A DNA stretch of 60,000 bases from Schmidtea polychroa. Its lineage: Eukaryota. A model generated the notes under the pieces. The model was not told the DNA's origin. It saw only the letters and a program-made list of their open reading frames with translations, and did no database searches. Numbering within the stretch: position 1 is the stretch's first letter; every line of letters begins with the position of its first letter. A program made the position numbers and the translations under genes. The stretch lies in the NCBI GenBank assembly GCA_044892525.1, contig CM097885.1, positions 40,364,001 through 40,424,000 on the forward strand, in the 5' to 3' direction. This document shows, one piece after another, positions 25,370 through 40,114 of the stretch.

Positions 25370-25812
25370 TTCAAGGTCAAATTTAAACAAAGACATATGA
25401 CTCATCAAGGTCATTGAAACAAAGACCATGACTCATCCTATGACTCATCAAATTTTTCAAGGTCATTTAAACAAAGACCATTACTCATCCGATGACTCAT
25501 CAAGGTCATTTTCAAGGTCATATGACTCATACTATGACTCATCCAGGTCATTGAAACAAAGACCATGACTCATAGTATGACTCATATGACCTTGAAAATT
25601 TTTTTTCAAGGTCATATGACTCATAATATGACTCATCAAGGTCATTCTCAAGGTCATATGACTCATCCGATGACTCATCAAAATTTTCAAGGTCATTTTC
25701 AAGGTCACCTGAGTCATCCTATGACTCATCAAGGTCATTTTCAAGGTCACATGACTCATCCAAGGTCATTCCCAAGGTCATATGAGTCATCGCGATGACT
25801 CATCAAGGTCAT
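25370..25812 (+). repeat. Interleaved TCAAGGTCA and ATGACTCAT motif array (mirrored at ~42925-43292)
   Basis: A dozen or more copies of each 9-mer in ~440 bp. Confidence 0.9.
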
Positions 25813-25855
25813 ATTATTATTTTTAAAAAATATTATTATTTTTATTATTATTTTT

Positions 25856-26270
25856 TCAAAATATTATTAAGTGTGCTAGCGGTGCCCTACTATTTGGCAT
25901 GCCAAAAGTTATCGTTCCCATCATTTTATTTCATCGATCGATAGCTTGTTTTGAAGCTTGGTGCAAGACCTTTCGAATGAGCTATTGAAAGTACCATCAT
26001 CATCACTATCGACAAAGTTATTAACATTTACCCAAGACCATTTTCAAGGTCATATAATTATTATTATTTTTCAAAAATATTATTAAGTGTGCTAGCGGTG
26101 CCCTACTATTTGGCATGCCAAAAGTTATCGTTCCCATCATTTTATTTCATCGTTCGATAGCTTGTTTTGAAGCTTGGTGCAAGACCTTTCGAATGAGTTA
26201 TAATGGTCATCACCATCATTAATATTGGCAAAGTTATTAACATTTTCCCGATACCATTTTCAAGGTCATT
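25856..26270 (+). repeat. ~220-bp direct repeat x2 (mirrored at ~42470-42890)
   Basis: AAGTGTGCTAGCGGTGCCCTACTATTTGGCATGCC...AGACCTTTCGAATGAG occurs twice. Confidence 0.85.
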
Positions 26271-26522
26271 TGACTATTTTATTATTATTTTTTAAAATAT
26301 TATTTTTTTTTCAAGGTCAAAATTTTTTTCAAGGTTATTTATTTTTTCAAGGTCAAATTTTTTTCAAGGTCAAATTTTTTTTTAAGGTCAAATTTTTTTT
26401 CAAGGTCATATTTTAAAATTTAAATTTACAGAGTTCCCGCCAACGAACATTATTCAACGATAGCTCATTTGAAAGCCCAATCCAGGACCTTTCGAATGAG
26501 CCATATATATCTCATTATTAAG

Positions 26523-26624
<102 letters not shown>

Positions 26625-26640
26625 ATTATTATTATTATTG

Positions 26641-26680
<40 letters not shown>

Positions 26681-26695
26681 ATTATTATTATTATT

Positions 26696-26778
<83 letters not shown>

Positions 26779-26793
26779 ATTATTATTATTATT

Positions 26794-26875
<82 letters not shown>

Positions 26876-27004
26876 GTATTAATCTATATACTCCGAGTCT
26901 ATCCGACAAAAATATTCTGTCCCCCTATGGGTAATGCTCACAAGGGTACTGCTCACGCTCAATAACTCGCATTCGATTATTTTATTATTATTCGATTATT
27001 ATAT

Positions 27005-27632
27005 TATTATTTTTCAAAATATTATTATTTTCAAGGTCATATTATTATTTTTCAAAATATTATTATTTTCAAGGTCATATTATTATTTTTCAAAATATTA
27101 TTATTTTCAAGGTCATATTATTATTTTTCAAAATATTATTATTTTCAAGGTCATATTATTATTTTTCAAAATATTATTATTTTCAAGGTCATATTATTAT
27201 TTTTCAAAATATTATTATTTTCAAGGTCATATTATTATTTTTCGAAATATTATTATTTTCAAGGTCATATTATTATTTTTCAAAATATTATTATTTTCAA
27301 GGTCATATTATTATTTTTCAAAATATTATTATTTTCAAGGTCATATTATTATTTTTCAAAATATTATTATTTTCAAGGTCATATTATTATTTTTCAAAAT
27401 ATTATTATTTTCAAGGTCATATTATTATTTTTCAAAATATTATTATTTTCAAGGTCATAATATTATTTTTCAAAATATTATTATTTTCAAGGTCATAATA
27501 TTATTTTTCAAAATATTATTATTTTCAAGGTCATATTATTATTTTTCAAAATATTATTATTTTCAAGGTCATATTATTATTTTTCAAAATATTATTAATT
27601 TCAAGGTCATATTATTATTTTCAAGGTCATAT
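27005..27632 (+). repeat. 38-bp tandem minisatellite containing TCAAGGTCA (mirrored and longer at ~40895-41640)
   Basis: Unit TCAAGGTCATATTATTATTTTTCAAAATATTATTATTT, giving the 38-aa periodicity in the spurious ORF. Confidence 0.92.
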
Positions 27633-27634
27633 TA

Positions 27635-28370
27635 TTTTTGTTTTAATTATCGATTATTTAATAATTTAATTTTGTTTAAATCGTTGATTATACAATAATA
27701 TTTTTATTTTTTCTTTTAATTGTCAATTATGTAATAATTAAATTTTGTTTAAATCGTTGATTATATGATAATATTTTTATTTTTGTTTTAATTATCGATT
27801 ACCTAATAATTTAATTTTGTTTAAATCGTTGATTATATAATAATATGTTTATTTTTGTTTTAATTATCGATTACTTAATAATTTAATATTGTTTAAATCG
27901 TTAATTATATAATAATATTTTTTTTGTTTTAATTATTAATTATGTAATAATTTTATTTTTTTAAATTGTTGATTAAATGATAATATTTTGTTTTTGTTTT
28001 AATTATCGATTACTTAATAATTTAATATTGTTTAAATGGTTAATTATATAATAATATTTTTTTGTTTTAATTATCAATTACGTAATAATTTAATTTTGTT
28101 TAAATTGTTGATTTTATGATAATATTTTTATTTTTGTTTTAATTATCGATTACTTAATAATTTAATATTGTTTAAATGGTTAAATATATAATAATATTTT
28201 TTTTGTTTTAATTATCAATTACTTAATAATTTAATATTGTTTAAATGGTTAAATATATAATAATATTTTTTTTGTTTAAATTATCGATTATGTAATAATT
28301 TAATTTTATTTAAATCGTTGATTATATTATTTTTTTTGGTTTAATTATCGATTACGTAATAATTTAATTT
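27635..28370 (+). repeat. ~65-70-bp AT-rich tandem repeat with AATTATCGATTAC core (mirrored at ~40155-40890)
   Basis: About ten degenerate units. Confidence 0.85.
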
Positions 28371-28411
28371 ATCATTATTATTGGGAAAGAACGCCCGCGC
28401 GGAAGATTACA

Positions 28412-28467
<56 letters not shown>

Positions 28468-28685
28468 GATTATTATTGCAAATCTTCATAAAACTTAATT
28501 TCTACGTCAATTTCATGATTTTCAACATTTTCATCATTTGCATATTTTAATAATTTTTAATATTTTCATAATTTTTTCCATTTTCAGTATTTTCATTATT
28601 ATTTCAGGAACATTTTAATTAGTTACATGAACATTTTCATCAAATATTTTTCAAAGTAATATTTCCGTTCTGTTTTTCTAAGTTC

Positions 28686-28761
<76 letters not shown>

Positions 28762-30194
28762 GATTATTATTGCAAATATTCATGAAACTTAATTTCTACG
28801 TCAATTTCATAATTTTCATAATTTTCACTATTTTCAACATTTTCACGATTTTCAACATTTTCATGATTATTATTTTTTCATTATTATTTTCAAAGAATTA
28901 TTTTCAAAGAATTATTATTATTTTTTATTATTATTATTATTTTTATTATTATTTGCAAAGTTCTTATTATTTTATTTTCGATGTTTTATTATTATTATTT
29001 ACTTAAATATTCATAAAACTTATTTTCTACGTCAATTACATGATTTTCAATATTTTCATCATTTGCATGAATTTTAACAATTTTCTACATTTTCAATATT
29101 TTCACGATTTTCAACATTTTCATGATTATTTCAGGAACTATTCATCGAATATTTTTCAAAGTATTATTTTCAAAGAATTATTTTCAAATTATTTTCAAAG
29201 TTTTTATCAATATTATTATTATTATTATTATTATTTGCAAAGTTCTTATTATTTTATTTTCGATGTTTTATTATTATTTACTTAAATATTCATAAAACTT
29301 ATTTTCTGCATCAATTTACGATTTTCAATATTTGATGATTATTTTAGGGAACATTTTCATAATGTTTAACGTTTTCATCCTTTTCAATATTTTCATGATT
29401 TTCAACATTTTTAATATTTTCAGGAACATTTTCATAATTTTCAACGTTTTCATGATTTTCAACATTTTCATCATTTCCTTGAATATTTTAATAATTTTCA
29501 ACATTTTCATAATTTTCACGATTTTCAATATTTTCATCATTATTTTCTTCAAAATTCTTAGTTTATTTATAAAATATTATTATTATCATTTTCAAAATTA
29601 TTTTCTTATTATTTATTTTAAAGTATATTATTATTTCTATTATTATTATTATATATACTCCTAGTCTATCCGACAAAATATTTTGTCCCCCTATGGGTAC
29701 TGCTCACACTCAACAGGTTGCAAGGGTACTAGTCATGCTTATTATTATTGTTATACAATATGATGTTATTTAGACATTTGAAGGTTCAACCATGGTTACA
29801 ATTTCTACATTTTGAAAACTCTAATTTGATTGGCTATCTCAATTTTTATAAATGTAAAAACAAAAGTAATTTAGTTATTAAGAAATTTATTACTGATGAT
29901 TTCTACAAATAAAACTGTTGAATATGTAAATCACAAAACACATTTGGTAACTTTATTATTTTGTCAATATTTTTTATATATGTCATTTATAGCAAGGAAG
30001 TCCTACTAGAAATAAGGAAAAATTAGGTCCAACCTATTCCGAAATTTCATTGAAAATTTTTAACAACACAGTTGAAGATTTTATAAATAATCATGATACT
30101 TACAGTGATAAGCAAATCATAAATATTTTAAAGATTTTCAAACATTCCTCTATTGAATATTTGATTTTATTTATTTAATTATGATAAATGCGTT

Positions 30195-30509
30195 TTGAAG
30201 TTATCTAGTTATTTAATGTATTTAGAAAAAAAAATAGTGGTAAACAACGATTCACTGAATGAATACTTTTGGAGTTGTATGTATTTAATGTTGAAACATG
30301 GATATAGTAGATTGATTTATGAATGGATAGCAAAAGCCGATTTGATTGAAAATAAGCTAACGGAAAAACTGAACGATGTTAAGAAAAGGTATTTAACTTG
30401 TTCAATTTGTAAAGAAAATCAAGTTTCGGTTTTGTATTTACCGTGTGGTCACTTAATTGTTTGTTCTAAGTGTCACGAGAAGAATGTTCGCAATTGTTTA
30501 ACTGATTAA
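30195..30509 (+). CDS. C3HC4 RING-finger protein (IAP-type RING), probably the last exon of a spliced gene starting ~29896; last Cys pair incomplete
   Basis: TCSICKENQVSVLYLPCGHLIVCSKC. GATTGG and TATAAA upstream at ~29828-29852, candidate GT-AG intron ~29948-29992. Confidence 0.7.
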   Translation: MKLSSYLMYLEKKIVVNNDSLNEYFWSCMYLMLKHGYSRLIYEWIAKADLIENKLTEKLNDVKKRYLTCSICKENQVSVLYLPCGHLIVCSKCHEKNVRNCLTD

Positions 30510-33500
30510 TGAATATCATACTATATACATGTAAGTTCTCAATACAAATAAATACAATATCAAAGTCAAATGAATTATTAACATACATAATGACGGTACT
30601 ATAATGTAGGAAATTTTCAAAACATTGAATAATATGAAATCAGCTTGGTAATTAATTATATTAGGCGCAACTACCAAATGTTGATGATATGATGAAGGGA
30701 ATGGTATTTATAATATTATTTTAAGATTATTCAAAATGAAATATAACCATGAGTTCATCAAAATGGAAAAAGATCTTCGCAAGAACCATGAAGATGCTGG
30801 ATGTATTGGTTATTATTTTTTTCGGAAATAAATGTTTTAATTTGTTTTTATAAATTTATTGTTTTATTGTAATACTTTTTGATTAAAATATATTCATTTT
30901 GTTTTAATATTTGTATTAATTTTTTTATATAGTGGTTATTATATATATGGAAATTTACAATTATATATACAATTATATTTACAATTATTATAAATCATAA
31001 TGATGCTTTTCTTCTGTCCATTGATTTTCCTCTGATATTACTGCCATAATCATCTTCGACAAAATGTAAAGATAATATTTCTAGTGTCTTTGTTAATCAT
31101 GCCCATTTATTGCAAAGTCTTTGTTAATTATGCATTTGTATTGCAAATTTATTAGTCATACAATTATATTATTTTTTTCATGCCCTGACATAATATTATT
31201 ATTTTTAATTTTATTATTTTGTTTAACAATACCATATAGCAAATTTTTAGGCAATTTGATAAATAATACATGGTTATTTTAAATATATAGCAATTTCTTA
31301 AGTAAAATATTTCCAGATAAATTTAAAAATTTAGTTAGAAATCCATGGTTTTTGGCTGTACCATTTAATTAAAATATTCTTGGATTCATAACATTTCTTT
31401 TATATAGTTGATAGTAATATCAATTATGTCAATTATTTAACTAGAAACATAACTGAATTCTTAGTTAATATAGTATTTTTGTGTATTTCTTAGTTAATTT
31501 ATAAATATTATCTGACATTTTGATGTATCAATGCAATATACAACAAATTACTCAATAAAACCATAGCATATTGTAAGTTTTTATATAAAGTCTGAATTTA
31601 TCCGACAAAATATTTTGTCCCCCTATGTGTATTTGTCGTAAGGGTACTGCTTACATGTCGCAAGGGTATATTAATTAAAGCACCTGTATATTAGTTAAAA
31701 ATTCTTAGGTAATTTAGTGAGAAATGGATGATCATAGATATCAGAAATTCGTGAATAATTTGAATATTTTGAATGTAACTTACCGAATTCTCATTTCGAG
31801 CGTCTAATTTATTGGTTAACGTTGTCATGTTTAGTCATTTAAAATAATATTTAGCAAAAGGTAAGATATGAATATTTAGTATTTCATAGGTAATTTATTC
31901 ATCTAATGTTCATTACAATAGTTAATATAACTTCGTGAGAAATGCATGGTTATTAATATATTCATTGATAATTTTGGTAGAAAATCTTTATCATTTGGAT
32001 TAAATTTCTATCTTTGTTTGAGGCAAAAGGAGTCATAATAGAAACATGATCATTTGTTATCAATTTACCAATTAAGGTGCTTATTAGTTAGAAATATAGG
32101 GTTACAATTCTTTGCTAATTTAATGAGATGATCATTGGGTGTAATATATCTTATACATGGTTAACATTTTTAAATAGGGATTTTGAGTAACTTTTACCAA
32201 AACAGGGATATTTTGTGCGATCAATTTATGAATATTGGTTAATTTTCTCTTTTTTAGTCATTTAAAATAATATTTAACAAAGGTAATTTAGCAAAATATC
32301 ATTGAAAGATTTATCCATCCGATAACAATATTCCTTCCCTTTACCCTTAATATTCAACCGATTTAATTTCTAGAAATCTAATTAAAATCATAAAATATTT
32401 TCAATAAAGATCAATTTTCTTTAGCTGTTGTCGATTTCCAACTTTTAAGTCAATATTTCTCAAGTTTTGTCACAGATATCCCACAATGAATAAAATAACT
32501 TCTTAAATAAAATAATTTAAAGCAATAACCTTTGATATCAATCCCAATTAATTCTAAAGATTTCAAATATTTCATTGTCAAAACCAAGTAAATTGATCAT
32601 TAACCCTAAACGACTTAATAAAACAGTGGATAATTAATAAAAACTGGTTCTAAAACCTAATATTACTGTGCCATAACATTCATCACAACCTAATAAAACG
32701 ATATAATTTCACAGGAACGATTATTAATTCATAGCTAAATACTGACTATGTCCCTTTGATATTTTACCAATAAGAACATTGTCGATTTAAATAGAGATTT
32801 CAAACATTTCCGCCTTAACCGATCCCTCACTAAATATTTCTACCCCATTAAATACCCCCTTTAAAAATCATATATTACCATCTTAACTGAACCTTCACTA
32901 AATCCAACCGACTTTAATATATCAATTCTCTTGAAATCCATAGAAAATTCTTCAAAATATGAATTTTATTTAATTGTTACAGACATTCTTCCATTGAAAT
33001 AATTTAGTATCTAAATTCATGTAGTAAGAGCCCACTAAAAGATCACTAAAATCAATATTTTCTACAAATATTTCACCACATTTACCATCAAATACCTAAC
33101 TAGAAATGAAATATATTGATCATAATTCTTCATCGATTCAGCCAATTATAGCAATTATATCTTTCAAAATCACAAATTTCAGTATATTTTACAACAATTT
33201 TCAAGTAGATTTCAAATATATCATCATGATAAAATTAGCTGGTTTCAACTTTAGATTTTCAATATTTAAAAGTTCATCAATATTCGTAGAAAATATATGA
33301 AAGAATTATTTTGTCAATATCATTACAAAGTCATCATAAAAATTAAATAATAATCACTTTATTATTGTAAAAACTCTAATTATTAACCTAACTGTCATTA
33401 AAAATAATTTTTATTTAAAATTAAATTTAAAACAAGTCAATAAAATATAGCAAATTATCAAGAAATTAATTAAATTTGTCTTAGAAATAACACTAAAACC

Positions 33501-36500
33501 TTAAATTTTTAAATATTTTTTCAATTATTCACAAAAAGGTTAGTAATAATGTTAATAAAAACCCCACAACTCTAAAAATTACCAATGAATTTAATGCTAA
33601 TTAATAACCAAAAATTTGCCTAAATAAAATCATTAAAACACACCAGTACCTTTACGACCAGTACCGTTACGAGCAGTACCAATTGTGAACAGTACCCATA
33701 GAGGGAGAAAATATCTTGTCGGATAAACTCATAGTATATATAATAAAACGAATTAACAATAACTCCATCAAATTGAATCAGTCAAATTAACACAAATTTT
33801 GATAAAAAATCTTATTCTAAAATGGTGAGAAGCGTAAAGTCGAAAGATAATTTTAATAACACCGAGATAAATTAAAAATATTAATCTCAGGTGGTAAGAA
33901 CCTTCATTAAAGTGAGGAAATTATAAGAACTATCAATTGCTATAAAATATTTAAACGAATTTGGCTTTGTTGTTTTATGTCTCTCGAATATATTTGAGTA
34001 AGTTTTCGTGTGTCCCTTTTAACTTTGAGTGCTCATTTTCATTGAAAAGAGTAATGTATCTTAAATTATCTTTTAGAATATTTGTTTTTGAAAATAATAT
34101 ATTTAGTGTAAAATAGTAAATTTAATAATAAATTGCTAATATTAAAGGATTTAATCAAAATTTAATATATGAATTTATCATAATTACTCAGTCAAATATC
34201 ATTCACGGTTTCTTATGTAATAAAATAATCATTTGGGGATTAAATACTTTATTAAATAAAAGTTTATCACATTATTAAAATATTTTAATTCGTTAGTAAC
34301 TCCTATAATAGAAATAATCTTATTTATATATCGTCGTCACTTATATCCGTCGATTCTCGATTTCCCACTAATTATTATCACTTATATCCTCCCGACAAAT
34401 ATTTCTTTTAAAATTGTATTAAATATGTTTTATTAAAGTGATCATTTTATGAATTTTTATGAAAATTATGAATTTTATGAAATAATTTTAAATAAATACA
34501 ATTAATATATATCTAGCCACTTCTCAGTATATTTTCATTGACTTTCCATAATCTAATAATGAATAATTCTAACACTTATTTTAACCCTTTTGATATCTCA
34601 TTGTTATTAAAATTATCTTTCGACTTTACGCTTCTCACCATTTTAGAATAAGATTTTTTATCAAAATTTGTGTTAATTTGACTGATTCAATTTGATGGAG
34701 TTATTGTTAATTCGTTTTACTATATATACTATGAGTTTATCCGACAAGATATTTTCTCCCTCTATGGGTACTGTTCACAATTGGTACTGCTCGTAACGGT
34801 ACTGGTCGTAAAGGTACTGGTGTGTTTTAATGATTTTATTTAGGCAAATTTTTGGTTATTAATTAGCATTAAATTCATTGGTAATTTTTAGAGTTGTGGG
34901 GTTTTTATTAACATTATTACTAACCTTTTTGTGAATAATTGAAAAAATATTTAAAAATTTAGGGTTTTAGTGTTAATTCTAAGACAAATTTAATTAATTT
35001 CTTGATAATTTGCTATATTTTATTGACTTGTTTTAAATTTAATTTTAAATAAAAATTATTTTTAATGACAGTTAGGTTAATAATTAGAGTTTTTACAATA
35101 ATCAAGTGATTATTATTTAATTTTTATGATGACTTTGTAATGATATTGACAAAATAATTCTTTCATATATTTTCTACGAATATTGATGAACTTTTAAATA
35201 TTGAAAATCTAAAGTTGAAACCAGCTAATTTTATCATGATGATATATTTGAAATCTACTTGAAAATTGTTGTAAAATATACTGAAATTTGTGATTTTGAA
35301 AGATATAATTGCTATAATTGGCTGAATCGATGAAGAATTATGATCAATATATTTCATTTCTAGTTAGGTATTTGATGGTAAATGTGGTGAAATATTTGTA
35401 GAAAATATTGATTTTAGTGATCTTTTAGTGGGCTCTTACTACATGAATTTAGATACTAAATTATTTCAATGGAAGAATGTCTGTAACAATTAAATAAAAT
35501 TCATATTTTGAAGAATTTTCTATGGATTTCAAGAGAATTGATATATTAAAGTCGGTTGGATTTAGTGAAGGTTCAGTTAAGATGGTAATATATGATTTTT
35601 AAAGGGGGTATTTAATGGGGTAGAAATATTTAGTGAGGGATCGGTTAAGGCGGAAATGTTTGAAATCTCTATTTAAATCGACAATGTTCTTATTGGTAAA
35701 ATATCAAAGGGACATAGTCAGTATTTAGCTATGAATTAATAATCGTTCCTGTGAAATTATATCGTTTTATTAGGTTGTGATGAATGTTATGGCACAGTAA
35801 TATTAGGTTTTAGAACCAGTTTTTATTAATTATCCACTGTTTTATTAAGTCGTTTAGGGTTAATGATCAATTTACTTGGTTTTGACAATGAAATATTTGA
35901 AATCTTTAGAATTAATTGGGATTGATATCAAAGGTTATTGCTTTAAATTATTTTATTTAAGAAGTTATTTTATTCATTGTGGGATATCTGTGACAAAACT
36001 TGAGAAATATTGACTTAAAAGTTGGAAATCGACAACAGCTAAAGAAAATTGATCTTTATTGAAAATATTTTATGATTTTAATTAGATTTCTAGAAATTAA
36101 ATCGGTTGAATATTAAGGGTAAAGGGAAGGAATATTGTTATCGGATGGATAAATCTTTCAATGATATTTTGCTAAATTACCTTTGTTAAATATTATTTTA
36201 AATGACTAAAAAAGAGAAAATTAACCAATATTCATAAATTGATCGCACAAAATATCCCTGTTTTGGTAAAAGTTACTCAAAATCCCTATTTAAAAATGTT
36301 AACCATGTATAAGATATATTACACCCAATGATCATCTCATTAAATTAGCAAAGAATTGTAACCCTATATTTCTAACTAATAAGCACCTTAATTGGTAAAT
36401 TGATAACAAATGATCATGTTTCTATTATGACTCCTTTTGCCTCAAACAAAGATAGAAATTTAATCCAAATGATAAAGATTTTCTACCAAAATTATCAATG

Positions 36501-37953
36501 AATATATTAATAACCATGCATTTCTCACGAAGTTATATTAACTATTGTAATGAACATTAGATGAATAAATTACCTATGAAATACTAAATATTCATATCTT
36601 ACCTTTTGCTAAATATTATTTTAAATGACTAAACATGACAACGTTAACCAATAAATTAGACGCTCGAAATGAGAATTCGGTAAGTTACATTCAAAATATT
36701 CAAATTATTCACGAATTTCTGATATCTATGATCATCCATTTCTCACTAAATTACCTAAGAATTTTTAACTAATATACAGGTGCTTTAATTAATATACCCT
36801 TGCGACATGTAAGCAGTACCCTTACGACAAATACACATAGGGGGACAAAATATTTTGTCGGATAAATTCAGACTTTATATAAAAACTTACAATATGCTAT
36901 GGTTTTATTGAGTAATTTGTTGTATATTGCATTGATACATCAAAATGTCAGATAATATTTATAAATTAACTAAGAAATACACAAAAATACTATATTAACT
37001 AAGAATTCAGTTATGTTTCTAGTTAAATAATTGACATAATTGATATTACTATCAACTATATAAAAGAAATGTTATGAATCCAAGAATATTTTAATTAAAT
37101 GGTACAGCCAAAAACCATGGATTTCTAACTAAATTTTTAAATTTATCTGGAAATATTTTACTTAAGAAATTGCTATATATTTAAAATAACCATGTATTAT
37201 TTATCAAATTGCCTAAAAATTTGCTATATGGTATTGTTAAACAAAATAATAAAATTAAAAATAATAATATTATGTCAGGGCATGAAAAAAATAATATAAT
37301 TGTATGACTAATAAATTTGCAATACAAATGCATAATTAACAAAGACTTTGCAATAAATGGGCATGATTAACAAAGACACTAGAAATATTATCTTTACATT
37401 TTGTCGAAGATGATTATGGCAGTAATATCAGAGGAAAATCAATGGACAGAAGAAAAGCATCATTATGATTTATAATAATTGTAAATATAATTGTATATAT
37501 AATTGTAAATTTCCATATATATAATAACCACTATATAAAAAAATTAATACAAATATTAAAACAAAATGAATATATTTTAATCAAAAAGTATTACAATAAA
37601 ACAATAAATTTATAAAAACAAATTAAAACATTTATTTCCGAAAAAAATAATAACCAATACATCCAGCATCTTCATGGTTCTTGCGAAGATCTTTTTCCAT
37701 TTTGATGAACTCATGGTTATATTTCATTTTGAATAATCTTAAAATAATATTATAAATACCATTCCCTTCATCATATCATCAACATTTGGTAGTTGCGCCT
37801 AATATAATTAATTACCAAGCTGATTTCATATTATTCAATGTTTTGAAAATTTCCTACATTATAGTACCGTCATTATGTATGTTAATAATTCATTTGACTT
37901 TGATATTGTATTTATTTGTATTGAGAACTTACATGTATATAGTATGATATTCA

Positions 37954-38268
37954 TTAATCAGTTAAACAATTGCGAACATTCTTCTCGTGACACTTAGAAC
38001 AAACAATTAAGTGACCACACGGTAAATACAAAACCGAAACTTGATTTTCTTTACAAATTGAACAAGTTAAATACCTTTTCTTAACATCGTTCAGTTTTTC
38101 CGTTAGCTTATTTTCAATCAAATCGGCTTTTGCTATCCATTCATAAATCAATCTACTATATCCATGTTTCAACATTAAATACATACAACTCCAAAAGTAT
38201 TCATTCAGTGAATCGTTGTTTACCACTATTTTTTTTTCTAAATACATTAAATAACTAGATAACTTCAA
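37954..38268 (-). CDS. Second, identical copy of the RING-finger ORF in the right arm of C
   Basis: Identical translation to 30195-30509. Confidence 0.7.
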   Translation of the reverse strand: MKLSSYLMYLEKKIVVNNDSLNEYFWSCMYLMLKHGYSRLIYEWIAKADLIENKLTEKLNDVKKRYLTCSICKENQVSVLYLPCGHLIVCSKCHEKNVRNCLTD

Positions 38269-39701
38269 AACGCATTTATCATAATTAAATAAATAAAATC
38301 AAATATTCAATAGAGGAATGTTTGAAAATCTTTAAAATATTTATGATTTGCTTATCACTGTAAGTATCATGATTATTTATAAAATCTTCAACTGTGTTGT
38401 TAAAAATTTTCAATGAAATTTCGGAATAGGTTGGACCTAATTTTTCCTTATTTCTAGTAGGACTTCCTTGCTATAAATGACATATATAAAAAATATTGAC
38501 AAAATAATAAAGTTACCAAATGTGTTTTGTGATTTACATATTCAACAGTTTTATTTGTAGAAATCATCAGTAATAAATTTCTTAATAACTAAATTACTTT
38601 TGTTTTTACATTTATAAAAATTGAGATAGCCAATCAAATTAGAGTTTTCAAAATGTAGAAATTGTAACCATGGTTGAACCTTCAAATGTCTAAATAACAT
38701 CATATTGTATAACAATAATAATAAGCATGACTAGTACCCTTGCAACCTGTTGAGTGTGAGCAGTACCCATAGGGGGACAAAATATTTTGTCGGATAGACT
38801 AGGAGTATATATAATAATAATAATAGAAATAATAATATACTTTAAAATAAATAATAAGAAAATAATTTTGAAAATGATAATAATAATATTTTATAAATAA
38901 ACTAAGAATTTTGAAGAAAATAATGATGAAAATATTGAAAATCGTGAAAATTATGAAAATGTTGAAAATTATTAAAATATTCAAGGAAATGATGAAAATG
39001 TTGAAAATCATGAAAACGTTGAAAATTATGAAAATGTTCCTGAAAATATTAAAAATGTTGAAAATCATGAAAATATTGAAAAGGATGAAAACGTTAAACA
39101 TTATGAAAATGTTCCCTAAAATAATCATCAAATATTGAAAATCGTAAATTGATGCAGAAAATAAGTTTTATGAATATTTAAGTAAATAATAATAAAACAT
39201 CGAAAATAAAATAATAAGAACTTTGCAAATAATAATAATAATAATAATAATATTGATAAAAACTTTGAAAATAATTTGAAAATAATTCTTTGAAAATAAT
39301 ACTTTGAAAAATATTCGATGAATAGTTCCTGAAATAATCATGAAAATGTTGAAAATCGTGAAAATATTGAAAATGTAGAAAATTGTTAAAATTCATGCAA
39401 ATGATGAAAATATTGAAAATCATGTAATTGACGTAGAAAATAAGTTTTATGAATATTTAAGTAAATAATAATAATAAAACATCGAAAATAAAATAATAAG
39501 AACTTTGCAAATAATAATAAAAATAATAATAATAATAAAAAATAATAATAATTCTTTGAAAATAATTCTTTGAAAATAATAATGAAAAAATAATAATCAT
39601 GAAAATGTTGAAAATCGTGAAAATGTTGAAAATAGTGAAAATTATGAAAATTATGAAATTGACGTAGAAATTAAGTTTCATGAATATTTGCAATAATAAT
39701 C

Positions 39702-39774
<73 letters not shown>

Positions 39775-39992
39775 GAACTTTGAAAAACAGAACGGAAATA
39801 TTACTTTGAAAAATATTTGATGAAAATGTTCATGTAACTAATTAAAATGTTCCTGAAATAATAATGAAAATACTGAAAATGGAAAAAATTATGAAAATAT
39901 TAAAAATTATTAAAATATGCAAATGATGAAAATGTTGAAAATCATGAAATTGACGTAGAAATTAAGTTTTATGAAGATTTGCAATAATAATC

Positions 39993-40114
<122 letters not shown>

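Noticed and set aside
27005..27632. 38-bp periodic array as a CRISPR array
   Set aside because: No unique spacers, eukaryotic context, no cas genes
33106..35357. 64-aa ORF pair in the arms of C
   Set aside because: AT-rich with no recognisable motif; identity is explained by the inverted repeat
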